Of a stretch of 64,000 bases of DNA, positions 17,786 to 27,409 are shown in pieces; the first letter of the stretch is position 1, and every line of letters starts with the position of its first letter. The DNA is taken from positions 32,001-96,000 of IMG/VR virus record IMGVR_UViG_3300018914_000001, one strand, 5' to 3'. The notes under the pieces were generated by a model that saw only the letters and a list, made by a program, of their open reading frames with translations, was not told where the DNA came from and did no database searches. A program made the position numbers and the translations under genes. Source of the stretch: a virus (lineage: Duplodnaviria > Caudoviricetes).

Positions 17786-18097
17786 TTAGTTAGGATACAC
17801 GCCAATGAGCGAAATACTAAATTTAATAGGTGAAAATTTGTACTTGCGAAAAGAGTTTGATAAATGTTTTAACACTTCTTGACGTGGCGCTTCAGCACAA
17901 CGCACAACAACCAGTGGATTGCTATCAGATTCTTTGACAACCTCCTGCTCTAATGCTGTCATGTCAAACACATGATGAACAGTGGCAAAAGTCTCTTCAT
18001 GCTTAATGCGAACTTTCGATAGGTTGCCCTCAATGTCTGAAAAAGCTTTCTTCGCCGCCGTTGATGCTTCTTGTGTGGCTTGCATCTTATCAGCCAA
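17786..18097 (-). CDS. hypothetical protein
   Basis: GGAGG RBS. Confidence 0.65.
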   Translation of the reverse strand: MADKMQATQEASTAAKKAFSDIEGNLSKVRIKHEETFATVHHVFDMTALEQEVVKESDSNPLVVVRCAEAPRQEVLKHLSNSFRKYKFSPIKFSISLIGVYPN

Positions 18098-18210
18098 AGC
18101 TTATACCTCCTTCTCGGTTACAATAATCTTTGTATTAGTAGAATAAAACAGAACAGGGGAATCCGTCAAGCTTTTTCTTAGCGGCTTCCCCTGTAAGTTT
18201 GGTTAACATA

Positions 18211-19242
18211 TTAAATTGCATGAACCTTAGCATAAACCTCTTGTGGGTCAATGCCATAAAGTTTCGTAATCACTTCTTCGTTGATGTACTCTTTCATGTT
18301 CCAGATGTGATTGATGTTGAATTTCTCAGCAACTTTATTCAAGAGTTCTTTGTTTATTTCGCCATAGATCATCATAAGCTCTTTGGCATAGTAGATCATG
18401 CCAGAGCGTACAATGTCTTTAGCAGTCAGATTTCGGTATTCAAAACCTGCTCTATTCCTCACCTGTTCGATACGATGAGTGATAAGGTCTTTTTTGGCAG
18501 GTGCATCATAAGTCTTATTGCGATTGGCAACAGCGCGAACAACATAATCATTGTCAATCAAGTCAATGGTTCGCGGAATATTGGCGGGTATGCTGTCATC
18601 CATATCTCCATTGTCTTTGTAGTAGACCTTTACTTTAATTGCCTCTTCCACCGCCTTAATTGTGCGCGGATGAACAGCCATATGGTAAGGTTCGCCCTGA
18701 GCGTTCGTTCTTGCAGTAAGACGAAGAACACTGCCAGAGAGAACGTCTTGTTTTTTAAGATTGCGGATTTCCGAAAACTCCTTGCCTTGAACACCTTCGA
18801 ACAACAAGTAGAAGGGGATTGCGTCTTGCGGATTTTCACAAAAGTCAGCAAGCGTCATGATCTCATCAAAAGAGTAGTACTCTCTTACAGTTTCGTCGGC
18901 AAATTGGTTCCACCACTCTCTGCCGACAGTTGCCAGTGGATTAAATTTTCGCAAGTTCATGGTAACAGCCCAAGAAAAATAACTGCTGAGAATGCGCCCA
19001 TACGTGCGGGCATTGCCAAGAGTTGAAGGGTTCAGAGTCTTCATCAGAGATGTAACCTCTGCTACGTTAAATTCTGCCAACTCTTTCTTAAGTGCCTCTT
19101 CAAAGTTGCGGCACTTCTCTAAAAGAAGCTTGTAGTCAGCTCGTGTGCTGTCTTTTTTGATTGTTTGCAAAAATGCTTCCTTGCGTTCTTGCGCATACAT
19201 TGTTTTAGCTTCCGTTTGTCCTTCTTGAATGGTCATAACCAT
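18211..19242 (-). CDS. Tyrosine-recombinase-fold protein with degenerate catalytic motifs (SPbeta YopR/MrpR-like repressor)
   Basis: SAM-like N-terminus; LLFEGVQGKEFSEIRNL in place of GxRxxE; KDIVRSG in place of HxLRH. Confidence 0.75.
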   Translation of the reverse strand: MVMTIQEGQTEAKTMYAQERKEAFLQTIKKDSTRADYKLLLEKCRNFEEALKKELAEFNVAEVTSLMKTLNPSTLGNARTYGRILSSYFSWAVTMNLRKFNPLATVGREWWNQFADETVREYYSFDEIMTLADFCENPQDAIPFYLLFEGVQGKEFSEIRNLKKQDVLSGSVLRLTARTNAQGEPYHMAVHPRTIKAVEEAIKVKVYYKDNGDMDDSIPANIPRTIDLIDNDYVVRAVANRNKTYDAPAKKDLITHRIEQVRNRAGFEYRNLTAKDIVRSGMIYYAKELMMIYGEINKELLNKVAEKFNINHIWNMKEYINEEVITKLYGIDPQEVYAKVHAI

Positions 19243-19414
19243 TCCCTCCTGCCAAAGTAATGTTTGCTGTTTGCTAGCATTAAAGTGGTGCTGTTGTAAC
19301 CACCCTTACATTATCATTATATGCAGTTGGGCTTGGTTTATACCATAGGAGTTCGCTGGAAGCATAAAATTTTAGCCCAACTTTCAAGGGGAGGGAAGCC
19401 CTGCCCCTTGAAAT

Positions 19415-19942
19415 TTACCCATTGCCTTGCTGGTCTTTATAGCGACTAATGATGTCATCCAACAGAACGGGACGATAGTTGGTTTTTTCCACAGACACGT
19501 TCACATATTGTTTGCTGTCGTAGCTTAACGTGTGCAAATGTCCATGAATATTCACATAAGGCATCGCATCGCTCAGGAACACAGGCTCATGAGACAGAAT
19601 GAAAAAACCGCCGTAGATGATAGGGTAAGGGCTTACCTCATCAAAGCCAACATCCTTCCACCATTGGATGTTTTGTCCTCTGTCATGGTTCCCAAGGATT
19701 AATGTTTTGTGACCATTCAAAAGGCTGACAATGCCTCTTGTCTTGTTCTGGTTGAGGAATGAGAAGTCACCAAGGACAAACACACTATCCTCTGTGGCAA
19801 CCACATCGTTCCAGCTTTTGATAAGCTCATCGTCCATTGCTCTTGCAGACTTGAATGGTCTTCCAAAATACCTGATGATCTCCTCATGACCAAAATGCGG
19901 GTCAGAGTAAACGAAAGTTCTAGGCGAGGTCATCATACCCAT
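19415..19942 (-). CDS. calcineurin-like metallophosphoesterase
   Basis: SDPHFGH, LGDF, GNHD, HGHLH. Confidence 0.9.
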   Translation of the reverse strand: MGMMTSPRTFVYSDPHFGHEEIIRYFGRPFKSARAMDDELIKSWNDVVATEDSVFVLGDFSFLNQNKTRGIVSLLNGHKTLILGNHDRGQNIQWWKDVGFDEVSPYPIIYGGFFILSHEPVFLSDAMPYVNIHGHLHTLSYDSKQYVNVSVEKTNYRPVLLDDIISRYKDQQGNG

Positions 19943-20267
19943 GAATGCCCTCCTCCTTATCCTCATCTTCTTCGCTTTGGAAGGGATTCATACCTTGCTT
20001 TACTGCCGCAACATCCCATTCGTCAAATTGGTCACGCTCTTTAACAATCATATTGATGTCAGAACCTTCGAGAATGGGTAGACGTTTGATCTCCAGCAGA
20101 AGAGAAGAGACATTGTTCTCCATCAATCTTGCATACGCCACTAGTTGCAACTCAGTATCGGCAAGTTTGCCATCTATTCTGCTATCTTCGAGACGCTTCA
20201 GAAAAGCTTGAAAAGCTTGCTTCTCTTTTTGAAACTGCTTTTCAAATTGACTTAGGACAGTTACCAT
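19920..20267 (-). CDS. hypothetical protein
   Basis: ORF coupled to downstream gene. Confidence 0.7.
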   Translation of the reverse strand: MVTVLSQFEKQFQKEKQAFQAFLKRLEDSRIDGKLADTELQLVAYARLMENNVSSLLLEIKRLPILEGSDINMIVKERDQFDEWDVAAVKQGMNPFQSEEDEDKEEGIHGYDDLA

Positions 20268-20325
20268 TTAACTCAGCCTCCATCTTTGGCTTCCTAGGTC
20301 TTACCTCTGTCTTTTTCTCAGTTTA

Positions 20326-20805
20326 CTATTGAACAGAGGTATTGTCAACAGCCTTTTCCAGCAATTGAAACAATTTCATTTTACTGAAAGCATCAAGAGA
20401 AAGGAGGGATTGCAATTGCTCAGTTTGCAATTCAGATATGAGTATGTCAGCTACAAGCTCAGGGGTAGCGCCAACTCTCTCCTTTTGTGTCAACTCTTCT
20501 TCTGCCCTTCTCGCAAGACGAATAGCCTCTCTGTATTGATCTTCAGTCACTTCAACGCCTTTTATGTTGAACCATTTGCGTTTCGTGATGTTTTTCTCTA
20601 CAATACGCGAGAAGTAGCCGTATGATGCCTTATACCTATACTCCCTCATCTTTCCATTCTTATCAGCCTTTCGAACATTGATGAGTTCAACAGCCAAAGG
20701 CTTAGGCGCAATAGTCAAGGCATAGGCGCATGAAGCGTTCAGGTCATCATCTTTGTCCAACACTAGAGAGATGTGTTTGTCTTCATAAGATAAGTAAATC
20801 TGCAT
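20326..20805 (-). CDS. hypothetical protein
   Basis: ORF from MQIYLS. Confidence 0.7.
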   Translation of the reverse strand: MQIYLSYEDKHISLVLDKDDDLNASCAYALTIAPKPLAVELINVRKADKNGKMREYRYKASYGYFSRIVEKNITKRKWFNIKGVEVTEDQYREAIRLARRAEEELTQKERVGATPELVADILISELQTEQLQSLLSLDAFSKMKLFQLLEKAVDNTSVQ

Positions 20806-20873
20806 ACAAATACCCCCATAAGGAGAAAGAGGAGGTGGGTGCAATAACCTCCTCCTCTTGTCGCCGTTATTTG

Positions 20874-22199
20874 TTAGAGATTCAATTCTTCAGCTTGCTT
20901 CCCTGCTTCATCTTCTTCTTTCGCTTCGATCACAGGAGCAGGGTCAAGAGTACTGGTTACTGCGACTTCAGTCTGAACAGTCGTTTGCGGCTCTACATCA
21001 ATCGGCTTGCCATCTTCGCCCTCTTTCCACATCGGCTCAGGACGCACCTCACTATTTTCAGCTTTCGGCTCTTCAGCTTTCGGCTCTTCAGCTTTATCAT
21101 TATTGACAGGAGACGATGCCGCCGCCAAGCCAGTGGGCGTTATGCCCTTCTTCGGTTCTTGGTATTGGAACGTTGCACCGCCACGTGCCAATACTTCTTC
21201 TACCCATTTCAGGACGATTTTGATACGTTTGGTCACTTTGTCTTTCTTAGCAGTGCCAGAACCAGTGGTTTCAGTGTAATGGGAGTATTTATAGCTCCCA
21301 GCAAGCGTTTCCTTCTTCTTGATCTTGTAGAAGAAGTATTCGACCATACCGCCAAACTGCTTGGGAGTCCAACCAGCATCCAAGCAACGCGAAGCCATGA
21401 TGTAGATGGATGGAATTTGTGCCTTGCGGAGCATACTGTATTGGTCAGGAAAAGAATCGCCCATGAACTTGAACACTTGACGAATGCGGTTATTCTTCTC
21501 AGCGTCCATACCTTTTTCGTTCAGGTTGACAGCGAATGCGCGAATGTCATCCCCGCCGAAGCCAGTGGTCATTTTGCTGTAGTCCTCTGCGTACTCCAAC
21601 ATCATAGCGGAAAGAATGACTTCTTCGTCTTGGAAGCGATTGCGCTGATTGTCAGTGAGGTTAGAGGAATGTTTCATGAAATAGTATTCCCCTACCTCCT
21701 GCACGAAGTTCATGACTTCAGTGCCAGCCATAACGCGGGTGAGTTCCACTTTTGTCAGAGATTCGCCATTATTGAGGCGGATAAACAGTTCTTCGATTTC
21801 ATCATCCGTGATGTCAGTATAGGTGAAGAAGAACAGTTTGTATTCCTTGATCTTGTCTTTCAGCACGTCAGGCAGTTGGCTGTAGAACAAACCTTTGATT
21901 TCGTAACGATTGCCGTTGACAATCGCGTCAGGAGTCGAAGCGTCCAGTTTGAACTGATCTGCAACGTAGCGGAGGATAGTGGTGAGGCGTTGTTTGCCAT
22001 CCAAAACGTCCATTGCTTCGCCTTCACCCAAGATTGCGTGAATGGGATTGGTGGGGAAGCCAATGATAACAGAGTGCATAAACAGAGAGCGGCGGGCGTC
22101 TTTCCAAACTTCGTTACGCTGAATTGCCATTTCAAAGTTCAGGTTTTCTTCGTTGCGCATCAGTTGTGCTACCATTACGTGGTCAGTCAAATATTTCAT
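20874..22199 (-). CDS. DUF262 (ParB-like/GmrSD N-terminal) domain protein
   Basis: IQRNEVW...SLFMHSVIIGFPTNPI...VLDGKQRLTT...ELFIRLNNG; acidic tail. Confidence 0.85.
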   Translation of the reverse strand: MKYLTDHVMVAQLMRNEENLNFEMAIQRNEVWKDARRSLFMHSVIIGFPTNPIHAILGEGEAMDVLDGKQRLTTILRYVADQFKLDASTPDAIVNGNRYEIKGLFYSQLPDVLKDKIKEYKLFFFTYTDITDDEIEELFIRLNNGESLTKVELTRVMAGTEVMNFVQEVGEYYFMKHSSNLTDNQRNRFQDEEVILSAMMLEYAEDYSKMTTGFGGDDIRAFAVNLNEKGMDAEKNNRIRQVFKFMGDSFPDQYSMLRKAQIPSIYIMASRCLDAGWTPKQFGGMVEYFFYKIKKKETLAGSYKYSHYTETTGSGTAKKDKVTKRIKIVLKWVEEVLARGGATFQYQEPKKGITPTGLAAASSPVNNDKAEEPKAEEPKAENSEVRPEPMWKEGEDGKPIDVEPQTTVQTEVAVTSTLDPAPVIEAKEEDEAGKQAEELNL

Positions 22200-22457
22200 G
22201 AGTTAACATCCTTTCTGCCCTCTTTGTGGGGCATCGAATTTTTTTATTTTGGTGAGGGTCTTGCTTCGCTCAACCCTTGATTTCATCTTACTACAAGTTT
22301 ATCCAATTTGCAAGGGTTTTATGCGATTTTCTTCAAAAACTTTTTCAGTAATGCGGAGTGAGGAGAAAGCCCATCACTAACGCCGCAAGGAGGAAGCATA
22401 TCATAGTCTTTGCAAAGCACCATGCTCCATAGCTTAAACCCCATCTTCCACGCCCTT

Positions 22458-22745
22458 TCAACGAAGTTTGCCGCCCCCTTTCGCCTTCTTACTCTTCTTC
22501 TTTTCCTCATGTCGCTTAAACGCTTCAATCTCACGTCTATCCCATACAGGAGTCGCGGCAAGATATGCGATAGGCTTAGGGAAAATCTTAGAGTATTCTG
22601 GACGCTTTTCAGGGTTTAGGTAGTTCCTGATAGTTGTATGGGATACTCCAAGGTAATCCATCACCTCTTTGAATCCCATCAGGTTTTCAGGGGCTACCAA
22701 GCGCGAAGTAGGACGTTTGAGCTTGATGGTTTTCACTATCAACAA
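22458..22745 (-). CDS. HTH DNA-binding protein (AlpA/excisionase-like)
   Basis: LMGFKEVMDYLGVSHTTI...FPKPI...PVWDRREIE. Confidence 0.75.
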   Translation of the reverse strand: MLIVKTIKLKRPTSRLVAPENLMGFKEVMDYLGVSHTTIRNYLNPEKRPEYSKIFPKPIAYLAATPVWDRREIEAFKRHEEKKKSKKAKGGGKLR

Positions 22746-22833
22746 GGTTCACCCCTTACATAATTCATTATATGCGTTTCGTTGCTCTTTATGCAAGAGC
22801 TTTTGGAAATATTTTTTGAGGTGCGATATCCGC

Positions 22834-22987
22834 TTTTGGGAGTTAAAAGGGTAACTGGACAACCTCCTCTTTAATATATCGTTTGAGGTTATATTTTATA
22901 TTTCTTATCGGTATATATCTCTAATATATAAATACTTAACGATATATTAGAGAAGAGGTTGGATAGTTACCCTTTTAGTCTCTAAAA
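22834..22987. repeat. Long imperfect inverted repeat (~50-bp arms), related to 56604-56744
   Basis: TAAAAGGGTAACTGGACAACCTCCTCTTTAATATATCGTT ... AACGATATATTAGAGAAGAGGTTGGATAGTTACCCTTTTA. Confidence 0.8.
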
Positions 22988-23061
22988 CACTCTCGCGGTA
23001 AGACTGCTCAAAGAAGGTTTTGAATCGCTTCTTGGCCGCCTAGGAGCCTCACAGAGAGGCT

Positions 23062-23328
23062 TTAAGTGGAGGGTAGGTACTTGGGTGTTCCCGCCTCCAT
23101 TCTTTGGTTTAGACGAACATGAATCTGTACGCTATCAAGCTTGATGTTATGAAGAACGCATTCTTCGCCGTATACAGACTGCAAATATTCATACAGTTGT
23201 TTGGCGAAAGCCACATCTTCATCAGCATTGTCAAAAACGACAAACCCATTAATGTCAAGCTCATTAAAGATTCGAGCAAGCTTAGATGGATTAATATTTT
23301 TAGACTTATGATAAGTGGTCATTAACAC
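23062..23328 (-). CDS. hypothetical protein
   Basis: ORF with RBS. Confidence 0.65.
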   Translation of the reverse strand: MLMTTYHKSKNINPSKLARIFNELDINGFVVFDNADEDVAFAKQLYEYLQSVYGEECVLHNIKLDSVQIHVRLNQRMEAGTPKYLPST

Positions 23329-23334
23329 ACCCCT

Positions 23335-23586
23335 TTATAATGGAAATAATTTTCTCTCCAAAAATTTTACATCAAGTTCAGCAACAAGTCTGCTATGGGG
23401 CTTACCACTTACATAAACAGTTGATTCACTAGGTATTCCGTTAATGTAAGCAGTATCGCCATCAAGGTTAAGCTCTGATAAGCCAATGATACCCTGATAT
23501 GTCTTTTGGAGATATTTCTTTCCAGCTTTTGACAAGAGCCAAAGCTGATTAATTTCAACACCTTTACTCTTGACAGTATCGCTCAC
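23335..23586 (-). CDS. hypothetical protein
   Basis: GGAGG RBS. Confidence 0.65.
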   Translation of the reverse strand: MSDTVKSKGVEINQLWLLSKAGKKYLQKTYQGIIGLSELNLDGDTAYINGIPSESTVYVSGKPHSRLVAELDVKFLERKLFPL

Positions 23587-23605
23587 GATACCCCACCTCC
23601 CTTAA

Positions 23606-23902
23606 TTAAGTAATCCATCCTTTGAATGGGTCGCGCATCAGGTTAAAGCGATCTCCTTCCCATTCATCACACTCCCCATTTGATTCATTGCACATTGTTT
23701 CAACTTTAACAAGTTGACTCTTTTCCCAATACTCAACAAGGATAAAAGTAAAGTCGTGAATCTTGGGAATTTCAGATGTCAACTTAAAGAAGTCGAAAAC
23801 AGCATCATTACACTCATCTTTGTCGGCTCCAACATAAATCGTTCTATCGCCAGATGAATGAAGCAACTTAGCCTTAGCAATAAGAGTTTGCATAAATACC
23901 AT
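23606..23902 (-). CDS. hypothetical protein
   Basis: GGAG RBS. Confidence 0.65.
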   Translation of the reverse strand: MVFMQTLIAKAKLLHSSGDRTIYVGADKDECNDAVFDFFKLTSEIPKIHDFTFILVEYWEKSQLVKVETMCNESNGECDEWEGDRFNLMRDPFKGWIT

Positions 23903-23996
23903 CTCCTTATTTAATTTAGCGGCATTAACTCCACCCCTTAAATCATTGAATGGATGATTTAAGGGCTAGAGGGAAGGGTTAACCCTTCCATTAGCC

Positions 23997-24953
23997 TTAT
24001 TTAATTAAGCCAGTAGGACGTTGAATATTTTTACCAGCCTTTTGACCAGCGCCATATGCGGCGGCATTGCCATACCGCCTCTGACGTTGAGAAGCCTTCA
24101 TTTTATGACTAGTGAAGCCTTTAGAAAGCTCCTCCCAGTATTGCTTGACTGGCTCAACGATAACCAAAGCGGTAGACTGAGCAACTTCGTCAGTAACTTC
24201 CACTTCTTCATCGTTATCCCACAGTTCGTCATCATCTTCCAGAAACTGGTCAGGGGTGAAATTCCGCAAGTCTCTGATGAGGATGTACTTGGGCTTTCCT
24301 TCTTCGTCGCTGGTCAGGATTTTCTTCGTGCCCTCTGGCAGAGCAAGGAGTTTATTCTTAGCAAGGAGTTTAATATCCTCTTTAAGTTGCTCCTTGAACT
24401 TCTGCTCAATGCCATTAACAAAACCAGAGAGCCAGTCATGACGCAACTTTTCTTGATCTGACTTCTTTTTAGCGATAGGCACAAGATTTTTGCGAAGTTT
24501 CCAGACATAACCCTCTGACATGTGCATGGCTACCTGCTGGGCAAAATCAAACAGTTCAGCCGCGAATTGGGCATCGCTTTCCAGCCCAACAAAGACAGCC
24601 CTATAACGTTCTTCTTTTGCCCAATCAATATAGTAGTAGCAACGGAAGGCTTTTGCGAGTACCCTTGCCAAGTTAGACTCGAACCAAGTCCATTCATAGT
24701 GATTTATAGTGCGCCACTCGACAACCTTTTGTTCTTTCTTTTCTTCTATTACTTTTTTAGCTTTTTCAATTTCTGCCTCAGTGATGTTATGTTTCAACAT
24801 CAGCTTATAGGCGAGCTTCATTGCATTTTGAGCTTCACCTTTTTGGCGGTCATCGTTACCTTTCAGGATAGAATCCTTCAAGGCGTGAAGCTTCTGAATC
24901 TGAAGAATAACATCATTGCGGTCTTTGCTTTGTTTGCTTTCGTTTTGTTCCAT
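23997..24953 (-). CDS. DUF2786-domain protein
   Basis: IQKLHAL...EAQNAMKLAYKLMLKHNI...FVGLESD...GFVNG...AYGAG. Confidence 0.75.
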   Translation of the reverse strand: MEQNESKQSKDRNDVILQIQKLHALKDSILKGNDDRQKGEAQNAMKLAYKLMLKHNITEAEIEKAKKVIEEKKEQKVVEWRTINHYEWTWFESNLARVLAKAFRCYYYIDWAKEERYRAVFVGLESDAQFAAELFDFAQQVAMHMSEGYVWKLRKNLVPIAKKKSDQEKLRHDWLSGFVNGIEQKFKEQLKEDIKLLAKNKLLALPEGTKKILTSDEEGKPKYILIRDLRNFTPDQFLEDDDELWDNDEEVEVTDEVAQSTALVIVEPVKQYWEELSKGFTSHKMKASQRQRRYGNAAAYGAGQKAGKNIQRPTGLIK

Positions 24954-24961
24954 GTGAAACG
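24946..24961. promoter_or_regulatory. parS-like site (2 mismatches)
   Basis: TGTTCCATGTGAAACG. Confidence 0.5.
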
Positions 24962-25075
24962 CTCTCCTTTCGTATTACCTCTTGCTTCTTATTATAGTCG
25001 ATACGTTGCCATTTATGCAACCCCTTTTGCAAAAAAAATAAAAAGGAATGAGCGAATAGCCCATTCCTTAAAAAG

Positions 25076-25711
25076 TTAACCTTGCACTTCACCTGGTACA
25101 CGTTTCAGCTTGCTTGTTTCAATTCCCAGCACACCAGAATTGTCGAAGTTGACAGAGGCGAAGGACTTATCTTCGCTCAGAGCGACGATGTTTCCGTATT
25201 GGGTAGTAAACCCTTCGAAAACAACTCTGTCACCATCTTGCGGAATCCATTCATCCTCCTCCACAGATGTTTCCGCCACATCCCAGCCTTTGGGCATATA
25301 ATGCTCCATTGTCGTCTGAGCATTCGCATGAGCTTTTTTAGTAGTGGCTTCTTCACGTTTCATCAGCATGAGCAAGGGAGCCAACATGAAGGCTTCCAGA
25401 ATTTGGATGTCCTCTGCATACTCATCAGAGGAGGAAAGTGCAATGGTCTTCAGGTTTTCCCATGCTCTGAAGACCTCCAGAACGTTTTGACTTGCGGGCA
25501 TGATCTCCTCTACTTTGACGCGCAACGCCCCGCCTCCCGCCATAGCGACATAGAGGGCATTTTCATCAATGCCGCCAGCCTCAGTTTCAGGCAGAATTTC
25601 CATAATTTTCGGCTCTTCTAAGCCTGCCTCTTTCTCGCATAGCAGGATGCCCTTTTCAATCATTGCCAGCAGAGTTCTAATCATTATTAATAACCTCCTC
25701 ATTTTTTTCAT
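25076..25711 (-). CDS. hypothetical protein
   Basis: ORF on the coding strand; start uncertain. Confidence 0.65.
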   Translation of the reverse strand: MKKMRRLLIMIRTLLAMIEKGILLCEKEAGLEEPKIMEILPETEAGGIDENALYVAMAGGGALRVKVEEIMPASQNVLEVFRAWENLKTIALSSSDEYAEDIQILEAFMLAPLLMLMKREEATTKKAHANAQTTMEHYMPKGWDVAETSVEEDEWIPQDGDRVVFEGFTTQYGNIVALSEDKSFASVNFDNSGVLGIETSKLKRVPGEVQG

Positions 25712-25996
25712 TTTTATTCGACTACACTATATTATATACGACAAAGAGCAGGTTAATTCCTGCTCTTTCGCAAATTTTTTTATTTATTTTTCATTAATGC
25801 ACATACATGACTTGATGGTAAATACGCTCAGCAACCACTGCCAAAATAACAACAGCCGCTACAGTAGTCCAAAAGATGTCTTGTTTTTTAGTCATTTTGT
25901 TCACCTCCCCTTGGTAGTCAGACTTATTTGCAATGTCTTTTTTACGATTTCCCGCATATACATTAAAACAAGAGCCGCGATATGCTGGGCAAGGGT

Positions 25997-26221
25997 TTAG
26001 CAGGGGTAGCCAGCTTCATCGAATCGTATCTCCTTTCTATTTGATTTAGCGCCAGACATTTGGGATTGGATGATACGCGCCGCATCTTTCCTATGTATGT
26101 CTGCCTTTACTTCAATAAAGTCAGAATGATAACGTTTCTCACTAATGCGAATCCCTGCTTGTTGTAGGATGAAAACTTGCTCACTAGTGAGAAAGAGAGT
26201 GGTATGTTTCACGTGGAACAA
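25997..26221 (-). CDS. hypothetical protein
   Basis: GGAG RBS; 5' end overlaps parS. Confidence 0.6.
   Translation of the reverse strand: MFHVKHTTLFLTSEQVFILQQAGIRISEKRYHSDFIEVKADIHRKDAARIIQSQMSGAKSNRKEIRFDEAGYPC
26205..26220. promoter_or_regulatory. parS (Spo0J/ParB site)
   Basis: TGTTTCACGTGGAACA, i.e. TGTTCCACGTGAAACA on the minus strand, the Bacillus consensus. Confidence 0.85.
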
Positions 26222-26453
26222 CGCTCCTTAGTCGAGTTTCATCAATAAGCGGTCGCTAATTTCGGACAAGACAAGCACACCAATGAAAATTAACGCTTCC
26301 ATTATTTCACTTCCTTTCTCTTTGTAAGAACAATCATAGCAGGAACACCAAACCCTATCGCTAACAGGCAAATTATAACAAACCAGTTGGAAGCAGTCAA
26401 GGCGAATTTTCCTCCTAATTAACTCTTCTCTAAAAGTCTGCTTTTATTGAATT

Positions 26454-26828
26454 TCATTTTTTAAAAATGCGTTTCTTTTTTTGGAGCTTCCCTCCAAAGC
26501 TAATTTTAACTTTCATTTCCGTTGAACTTTTCCATTTAACTTTAATCCTCCTCCTTTTGACTTCTTTCTCTCGAATAACAATTTCCAGTCCAAGCTCATC
26601 CAAAACTTTTAACAGTGTACCAATGGTATAATTTTTACCACTAGTAATTCGCGCAATTTGAGTATAACTAAGATTTGGAATTTTTGCGGCTAAGGTTCTA
26701 AGGGACAGCCCGCTATCATCCATAGCTTCTTTTATGGCTTCAGAGATTTGGAGTTTAGGCTTTTCGATTGCATAATACTCGTTAGGAATCGCACCAAACT
26801 CTTTCGGAAATTCTTCTTGTTTTTTCAT
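26454..26828 (-). CDS. XRE-family HTH regulator
   Basis: GLSLRTLAAKI..SYTQIARITSGKNYTIGTLLKV. Confidence 0.8.
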   Translation of the reverse strand: MKKQEEFPKEFGAIPNEYYAIEKPKLQISEAIKEAMDDSGLSLRTLAAKIPNLSYTQIARITSGKNYTIGTLLKVLDELGLEIVIREKEVKRRRIKVKWKSSTEMKVKISFGGKLQKKKRIFKK

Positions 26829-26849
26829 TTTACTTACCTCTTTTCTTGT

Positions 26850-27053
26850 TTAAAAATTAACTAGAACGCCTTCAGAATAAAGAATGTCAAACACTTCACC
26901 ATAAACTTCTTTAACTCCTTGATATTCTTCAGGAGCCAGTCCTACCAACAGGTCAGCCAGTGCCATTGCTTCTTGCCTAGAGGGTTGCCCCTCCAGTAAC
27001 ATATAAGTATAAGCTAGCCCAAACAAAGTTAAAGCACGTGCGTATTTAGACAT
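26850..27053 (-). CDS. hypothetical protein
   Basis: GGAGG RBS. Confidence 0.65.
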   Translation of the reverse strand: MSKYARALTLFGLAYTYMLLEGQPSRQEAMALADLLVGLAPEEYQGVKEVYGEVFDILYSEGVLVNF

Positions 27054-27055
27054 GC

Positions 27056-27307
27056 TTACTCCTCCCCATATTTTAATTTCATTATTTCTTCTAAAGCCTG
27101 ATTAACTCGCACATTTACTTCATACGGTTGGACTTTTGCCTTCTCCTTCTTTGACTCAATATGAAGCGTTCTTTTCTTGCAGTTTACACACCAATTATGT
27201 TTTCTATGTCCTTCGCTTCTTGTTCGCGATTTTCTTCTATGAATCCTAATCTCTTTGCCGCATTTAGTGCAAGTAATATAAGAGTAAGCCAAACGCTTTT
27301 GATGCAT
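27056..27307 (-). CDS. Zn-ribbon protein (L33-like)
   Basis: CTKCG...RSEGHRKHNWCVNCK. Confidence 0.65.
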   Translation of the reverse strand: MHQKRLAYSYITCTKCGKEIRIHRRKSRTRSEGHRKHNWCVNCKKRTLHIESKKEKAKVQPYEVNVRVNQALEEIMKLKYGEE

Positions 27308-27409
27308 TTAAAACCTCTCCCCTATCTTGTCATGGTTTTCCTCCCAAAGTTTTTAATTAGCTCCCCTGCCTTTTTCAAGACAAGGGAGCTAATTTGTTAT
27401 CGTTTATTA

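Noticed and set aside
18211-19242. Active integron integrase serving the cassette array
   Set aside because: Catalytic motifs look degenerate, no IntI-specific insertion is recognisable, and the gene is 18 kb from the array. MrpR-like fits better.
20730-22280. 516-aa plus-strand ORF (likewise 1957..2610, 5692..6570, 18199..19026, 9810..10490)
   Set aside because: These are antisense shadows of well-supported minus-strand genes, with no recognisable motifs.
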